IMG/VR virus record: IMGVR_UViG_3300032295_000707
Span: 2,700 to 66,699 of that record
Direction: 5' to 3' (one strand)
DNA length: 64,000 bases
From: a virus
Lineage: Duplodnaviria; Caudoviricetes
The notes beneath the pieces were generated by a model. The model saw only the letters and a list, made by a program, of their open reading frames with translations. It was not told the origin of the DNA and searched no databases. A program made the translations under genes and the position numbers. This document shows positions 52,723 through 61,700 of the stretch, piece by piece (the stretch's first letter is position 1; each line of letters begins with the position of its first letter).

Positions 52723-55700
52723 TGGCAAATAGCATTTCTCAAGTAGTCGATATTAGTAGTCCCGGAACTACAAGAAGGTCAGTTGATTTATTACCTGCTC
52801 TTTTTAGAACTGATAAAAATACTAAATTTTTAGCAGGAACATTGGATCAGTTTATTCAACCGGCTCAGTTAGAAAGACTTAATGGGTGGGTTGGTAGTAG
52901 AGCTACGCCTACTTATAATCCTGCTAAAGACAACTATATCACTTCTAATTCTAAATTAAGAAATGCATATCAAGTGGCACCTGCATTAGTGGTTAAAGAT
53001 GAAAATTTAAATATTTCAAAAGTTTTAAATTATGACGATTTAATTAATCAATTAGAATTTCAAGGAGCATCTGTTAAAAAGTTAGACAGACTAGCTGATC
53101 CGCAATTATATTCTTATAATCCTCATATTGAATGGGATAAATTTGTTAATTTTGATCAGTACTACTGGATGCCTAACGGACCTGATGTAGTATCAGTAGC
53201 CGGTGAAAATAATTTGTCAGTTAGTACCTATACTGTTAGTGACAGTGAAGACGGCCAGTATTTTATTTTTACACCTGACGGGTTAACACAAAATCCTTTA
53301 CTGACACTATATAGAGGTGTTACCTATATTTTTAATATTCAATCTTCTAAGAAATTTTGGCTTAAGAATGTTCGTATTGCAGGTACCGAAGGCCAATATC
53401 GAGGTGTTGATATTAACGGAATTAGTAATGGTAAGATAATTTTTAAAGTAGACGAAAATACTCCTGCTAGTTTATTTTATGTAGCAGAAGACTCTGTCAT
53501 TAACGGCGGAGAAATATTAATTAAATCATTAGTCGATGATTCTAAAATAGATGTAGATGCAAATATTATAGGTAAGAAAACTTATACTTCTGGTAACGGA
53601 GTTGTATTTACAAACGGGTTACGAATTAGATTTTCTGGTAATGTTTTTCCAGATACTTATGCTGACAAAGAATTTTTTGTTGAAGGAGTAGGTAACAAGA
53701 TTGTATTGATAGATGTTGCAACTTTAGAAACTCCTGAAAAATTTGTTAGTGTGCTAGATGAAAATTTTGATGGAACCGGGTTTGATGATTACGGATTTGA
53801 TACATTTAAAAATACTCCATTAGTGCCTGAATACATTACTATCAATCGTGCCAGTATTGATCGTAATCCATGGACAAGATACAATAGATGGTTCCACGAA
53901 GATGTAATTATTGCGTCAGCGGGATATAATAACAGAACTCCTGTGCTGCCTGTTGAAAACAGAGGCAAGCGCCCTATTGTTGAATTTGAGCCTAACCTTC
54001 AATTGTTTAACTTTGGCTCTACTGCTATTGCTAATGTTCAACATATTGACACAATTACTACAGATGCATTTTCTGATATTGAAGGTCAATTGGGCTATTA
54101 TGTTAATGGTGTAGAAATAACACAAGGTGATAGAATTGTGTTTACATCAGATACTGATCCGTTTGTAAACTCTAAAATTTTTGTTGTAAACTTTGTAAGA
54201 ATTGACGGCATCTTAAAAATTGCATTGGAAGAAGCGACTGATTCACCACCGTTTGTTGGCGCCTCTATTATTGTTACTAAGGGTGTTAACAATGCCGGAA
54301 CTAATTGGTGGTTTGACGGTACAACATGGCAATTTGGTCAACAAAAAGAAGTATATAATCAAGCTCCGTTATTTGACATATTTGATAAAGACGAACATAG
54401 CTACGGTGATAGTGCATATTATCAAAGTTATTTCTTAGGTTCGAAGGTATTTGGGTATGCTATGGGAACAGGCAGCAATGATCCTATACTTGGATTTCCT
54501 CTAAAATATAAAAATATTGCAGACCAGGCATTTTATTTGTTTGAAAATTATTTTGTAACAGATTTAAGCAGGGTTGTGGACTTTGACACAACTTATTATT
54601 TGCCAATAAGCAAAGGGTTTATTAGAAAAAATATTTCAGCTGATGTAAATTTTTATATAAATGTTTGGGATGAGTCTTCTCATTATACAGTTCCTATTTT
54701 ACAATACGAAGTAATTCAAAGTAACACATCACAAGTTGAAATTACATCTATTAATAATCCAGCTTATCAAGATGTTAAAATAGAAGTATTTCTAAATAAT
54801 AATAAAGCATTTTTAGAAACTGATTATACTTTATATGCACAAGGTTCAAGATATTTTGTATCTTTTATAAATCAATTAAAAGCGCAAGATACTGTTTTAA
54901 TTAAAGTTTATGGAAATGTTGTTCCGAGTGAAACTGGATATTATGATATTTCTATCGGCTGGTCCAACAACCCACTTAATGGCCCAATTGAAGAATTTAC
55001 ATTATCTGAATTAACAGATCACGCTAAATCTATGGCAGATAGTCATCCAGATTTTGCAGGAAAATTTTTAGGAAAAAATAATTCTAGAGACATTATTGAT
55101 CTTTCTAGATACGGTAGCAGATTAGTTAGAAATAAAAATCCACTTTCAATGGCTGGGTATTTTATTGCCGATAAAGAGCATAATATTATTAATGCAGTTA
55201 AACAAGTCTGTTTGCAATATAATCAATTTAAATTACGATTCTTAGAACAAATTACAAATTTAAAAGGTAATTACGATGCTATAACTTCAGTTGACCTAGC
55301 ATTACATAATATGAATATTGCTAGAGATGCGTCATCTGCTTATGCTTATGCAGATATGCTGCCATATGGCAATGATGTAACTTCTAGGCAAGTTACAGTA
55401 ACTGATTCTAGAAATGTAACATACGGTATTAATAGCATATATCAATTAACACAAACTGATCCCAGATCGGTACTAGTATATCATACTCCTGTATCTACCG
55501 GAACACGATCTCAATTAATTGTTGAAAGAGATTATTATTTTGATCCTTATGACTCAACAGTAATTATTAAAGCTCCGTTAACTAAGGGTGATATTCTTCT
55601 TATAAATGATTATGCCAGTACAGATGGTTCTTTTGTTCCTCCTACCCCTACTAAGTTAGGATTATATCCAAAATATTACCCAGAAATTTTTGTAGATAAC

Positions 55701-58700
55701 ACTTATGCAACTCCACAAAAAGTTATCCAAGGCCATGACGGAAGTATTATAATTGCATTCGATGACTATCGAGATGATATTATATTAGAACTAGAAAGAA
55801 GAATTTATAATAACATTAAAGTTAATTATAATCCTGATCTTTTAGATTTTAACGACATTGTGCCGGGCGCATTTAGAAAGACTGAGTATGGCCGCCAGGA
55901 AATAACTAATTTAATTAGAGCAGAGTTTTTAAGATGGAATAATTTTTATGGATTTGATTACGAAAATAATAATCTATATGATGACAATCCTAAAACTTGG
56001 AATTTTAAATCTGGTAATTCATTAACTAGTCCTGCTCCGTTATTAGGAAATCAGAGAGCAATATACAAATATTTCTACGACACTGATCGTCCACATACGC
56101 ACCCTTGGGAAATGTTGGGATTTAGCATAGAGCCTTCATGGTGGAAGTCTATCTATGGTCCTGCACCTTATACATCTGGCAACCTTATACTATGGGATGA
56201 TCTTGAAGCAGGTTTAATTAGAGACCCTGCTGGCAGAAAAATTGATACTAAGTATGCAAGACCTGGGTTGCTTGATATAATTCCTGTAGACAGTAACGGC
56301 AATCTACTAGATCCGGCTAAATCGCAAATTGTTCATAATTTAAATTTTGAAGATATTTCTAACAATTGGGAGTTTGGCGATTGGGGCCCAGTTGAAACAG
56401 CATGGAGAAGAAGCAGCTATTGGCCGTTCGCTGCTCAAATTATGGCAATACTTGCTAAGCCTGCTACATACTCTAGCTTATTGTTTGATACAAGCAGAGT
56501 TAGTCTTAACAATGCTGGTCAAGTAGTATATTCTCCTACTTATGATTTTGTAACTCCGTCTGATTTGTTATTATATACTGATACTATCTCTGGTAACATT
56601 GTACGATCTGCAGGCTACTCTGTAATGCTAATTGAAACAGGTAACCAAAAAAGTAGAACTTATGTAGCTGATATTAAGTCAGAACTATCAGAATTATCAA
56701 TGAATCTAACTCATAAAGTTGGAGGGTTTGTTAGTAAGGATAAGTTAAGTATTGTAATTGATTCAGTTAATCCTGCAACTGCAAATCCAGGAACATCGTT
56801 ATCTAACGAAGATTATAATATATTCTTAGATCAAAGTACTCCTATATCATCTTTAGCTATATCAGGTATTATAGTACAACGAACACTTGCTGGCTATGTA
56901 TTAAGAGGTTATGATAAATCTTATCCATTCTTTACTTGTCTTCTTCCTGAAGAATCTGCAAAGAATCCAGATTTTACTGTTGGCGGTAAAAGTGAACAGT
57001 TTGTTATATGGGAGCCTAGTTCTTCTCATGATACAGGTCTAAGTACTGCTGAATTAACTACTGCGGTTTCTTCTAATGACGGGTATAAATTTTATAGAGT
57101 TGGCCAAGTTGTAAAATATAATGAACTGTATTATAGAGTAGTTGTTAGTCATACTAGCGGTAGCTTTTTTAACTTTAAATATTTTAAACAACTTCCAGGT
57201 ATTCCGAGTGTAGGAGGTATTACAGTATCTAAGCCTACTAAATTTGCAACCGTTGAAACTTTAATTCCTTATGGTAGAACTTATAAAACTGAACAAGAAG
57301 TTTTTAATATTATAATGGGATACGGCGCATGGCTAGAAAGTCAAGGAGCCATATTTGACGAGTTCCAACCAGAACTTGAAGAAGTATTAAACTGGTTATA
57401 TACCGGAAAAGAATTTTTATATTGGGCAAGTCAAGGATGGGGACAGAACACAGTTATTACTCTAAGCCCGTTTGCAAATAGTGTAAAATATAAAAACAAT
57501 AACGGAGCTATTGACAATTTAGGTAGTGCATTTTACGAATACAGTATTACAAAAGCTGATGGTACTTCTTTGAATGAACGATTTTTAAATGTTAATCGTC
57601 AAGACGGTGTTATTACAGTTACTACTACTAATACAGCTGACGGAATTTTCTTTATTAGATTTAATTGTGTACAAAAAGAACACACCCTTGTTTTTAACAA
57701 TTATAGTTTGTTCAACGATACAATATACGATGTTGGAACAGGTTATAGACAGCGTCGCCTACAACTAAATGGTTTTAGGACTGCTAACTGGAACGGCGAT
57801 TTGTTTAGCCCGGGATTTTTATACGACGAAGCCAATATAACTGAATGGACAAAGCATAGTATCTATCAAGCAGGTGCGGTTGTTAGATTTGCTGGAAATT
57901 ACTATTCTGCAATTAAAACTATTAATTCAATTGATACATTTGATTATAATGAATGGAGATTACTAGGAGAAAAACCTGTATCTCAATTGCTACCTAATTT
58001 TGATTATAAAATTAATCAATTTGAAGATTTCTATAGTCTTGACATTGACAACTTTGATGCCAGCCAACAACAACTTGCACAGCATCTAGTTGGATATACT
58101 CCTCGACCATACCTTGACAACATTTTTAATAATCCTATTAGTCAATATAAATTCTACCAAGGATTTATTAAAGAAAAGGGAACTAGGAATACAATTTCTA
58201 AATTAGGAAAAGCTAGCTCTCAAAATATTGGCAGCTATGTTGATTATTTCGAAGAGTGGGCATTTAGAATAGGTGATTACGGATCATATACTACTGACAA
58301 ATCTATTGAAATTACTCTAGACGAAAGCAAGTTTAAAGAAAATCCACAAATTGTAAAATTTGTAGAATCTGCTCCTATTAACCCTAACGAAACCTATATA
58401 TTCCAAACTGAAAATGATGTTGTTATTAAGCCTATTACTTATAACAACAAACCTTTTGCAACTACATCAAGTATCTACGCAGAAAATATTTTACAATTAC
58501 CTGTTGCTGGATATGTTAGAATAGATGATGTTACAGGAACTGCATTTAATAAATCTAGTTTGCTAGACATTTCGGGAAGTTTAAATGACGGAGATGTAGT
58601 TTGGATTGCTTATAAAGACAACGGAGACTGGGATGTTTATAGATATACTAACATAACCACTAGAGTTGTCGATGCATCTATTCGTGTACCCGGAAATTAT

Positions 58701-61700
58701 GTAACACTTACAACTGATTACTATCATGGATTATCTGTAGGAGATCTAATCAGCGTACAACAATTTGATACTCAACTCGACGGAGTACATCAGATATTAG
58801 CTATTCCTGAGTTAGATCAATTAGTAATATCAAGTACCTTAACTACTTTAAGTACACCATTCTCTCCAGCAGTTGGACTGATGTTTAAGTTTGTAAGTTC
58901 TAGATTTAGTAACCCTGATGCGTTATCATACCTTGACAGTATCAATCGTTTACAATTTGGAGAAAAAGTTTGGGTCGATGATGACGGAACAGGCCGCTGG
59001 GCAGTATATGAAAAAACAGATGCCTATACTTCTAAAAACTACACTCCTGGTACATCCGGTATTACATTCAATCAACGATTTTCTTTTAAAGTTGTTGCAA
59101 ACAATGCCGGTACTAAGGTAGTATCCAGCGCCCCGGAATACTATAATAGTTCGGCAGGAATTTATGGAAGAGTTTATGCCTACTCTAAATCTAGTACAGG
59201 TACTAACAATCTTGTTAACGCTGCTGGAATACTTTTAAATATTTCTAGTAACCAAACTTATTATAATTCAACTGACAATCCTAGCTTTGGTGCCGCCTTA
59301 GCATTAGATGATACAAATAATTTTATTGCAATTGGCGCCCCGACAGCTAGCTATGTTAAGTTTACTACTTCGACTAACAAATTAAACACAGTATCGGCAA
59401 CTGGTACAACATCTACATATACTCAACAAGGTATGGTAAAAATGTACCAACTAAACTTTGCCAGAGCAGAGACATTACAAGAATTTGCCGTATCAAGCCC
59501 CCAACCGCAGACAGGCGCATTATTTGGATCTGAGATATTCATTGCCGAATCTTCTACAGGTACTAAACTGTTAATGATATCTAGTCCTGGACAAGACAAC
59601 GAATCTGGAGCTGTTCACTATTCACGATATACTGTGAGTACCAGTAATGTTGTAACTATTTCTACTAGTTCTCAAGTTCAATTACCTTATACAGTAACAT
59701 CCAATACTTGGGGAGATAAATTTGGTACTAGTATAGCTGGCTCATCTAACGGTTCGTCAATTGCTGTAGCAGCACCTGGATATGCGAACGGTGAAGGTGC
59801 AGTATATGTATATGCCGCTACTAATACAGGTACTTTTGTAAACACACAACTTATTACGATTTCTTCTCCTGGAATGGCTGGAAATATAGTAAAAGCTGAT
59901 GGATTTGCCTCTAAAGTATTGATGGATTCGACGGGCAAATATCTATTTGTGTCAGCGCCTAAAAGCTCAGACAATCTGTTTAAATCCGGAAAAGTTTTTG
60001 TATTTTCTAAAAATGAATCTGGAACATATTTGTTAAATCAAATTATTGTAAATCCATATTCTAATAACGGGTCAGATTTTGGATCAACTATGAGTCTTAC
60101 TCCTGACGGTAAGTCGTTAGTGATAGCCAGTGTTGGATCTAATCATCGTCCGTATGTAACATTTGATACATATACAACACCACTAAGTGGCGCAGTACAA
60201 TATGTATTAGATCCTGAAAGCAAAGAAAAAGAATCAGCTACTACATTTGATTCTGGCACAGTTAATTTCTTTACCACCGTAAAGAATTCTGGATCTGTCT
60301 TTACTTTCACAAGACTTACTGATAGATATTTCTATTCACAAGAGTTGTTTGACAACACAATTGTTTCTAATCAAGTTTACGGACGAAGTATTGCTGCCTC
60401 ATCAAATTGTATATTTGTAGGAGCACCTGGCTTAACTACTGACATTGGTCAAACTGGCAATATGTTCTTGTTTGACTATTCGTTAGATACATGGAATAAG
60501 AAAAGATACGAGTCTGACTTAGTTGATATTTCTAAAATTAAATCTATTAAATTAATTAACACTGAACAAGAATCTGTTGTTAGCTATCTTCAGTTTATAG
60601 ATCCTATTAAAGGAAAAATTCCCGGTACCGCCGACAGCGAATTAAAATACAAGACAGTGTTTGACCCTGCTGTTTACAGCATAGGTTTACCTGGAACTAC
60701 TGTTGATTCTTCGTCAAGTTGGATTGATGAACATGTTGGTGAACTATGGTGGGATCTCGGCAGCGTAAAATATGTGTGGTATGAACAAGGCGAATTAGAT
60801 TTTAGAAAAAATAATTGGGCAACTGTCTTCCCAGGGTCTACTATTGATGTATACGAGTGGGTAGGTAGTAGGTATTTGCCTAGCCAATGGAGTTCTATTG
60901 CTGGAACTAATGAAGGTCTTTCTCAAGGTATTAGTGGTCAACCTAAATTTCCTAACAATTCAGTTATGAGTGTTAAACAAGTTTGGGACCCAATTACAAA
61001 TACAATGTCTAACATTTATTATTATTGGGTAAAGAATAAAATTACGATTCCTAGTACAGGTAATAGAAAAATGAGTAGTAACAGTGTTGCTAATTCGATT
61101 GCTAATCCTCGTGCTCAAGGACTTCCTTTTATTGCTCCTATTTCAGAAGATGCAATTATATTAACAAATATTAAACCTTATGTTGTAGGTTCTAATATTA
61201 ATCTATCTATTGATATAGATGATATTGATAATAGTATTAACAAACATACTGAATGGTTATTATTGCAAGAAGGAAATAAAGATAGTGTTCCTAATGCAAT
61301 GTTAAAGAAAAAAGTTAAAGACAGTATTTTAGGCAGAGATACATTAGGTAATATTATACCTGATCCGTTATTGCCTGCTAGACTAAAGTATGGTGTTAAA
61401 ATCAGACCAAGACAAAGCATATTCAAAGACAGACTTGCAGCTTTAAGAGTTTTAGTTGAATATTCTAACTATGTCTTAAAAGATCAGAACATTGTTGATT
61501 CAACAAATTTAGATTTTTTTAATAAAAAAGAAGAGTATCCTGCTGTGAGTACCGGCTTATATGACTATCAAGCTGAAGATGTACTAACAAGAGATACAAT
61601 TATTCCTACTAGAAAATTAACTAAGGGTATAATAACAGTATCTGTAGCTAACGGAAAAATTAATGCAGTAGTAATTGAAAATCCTGGGTTTGGCTATGGA

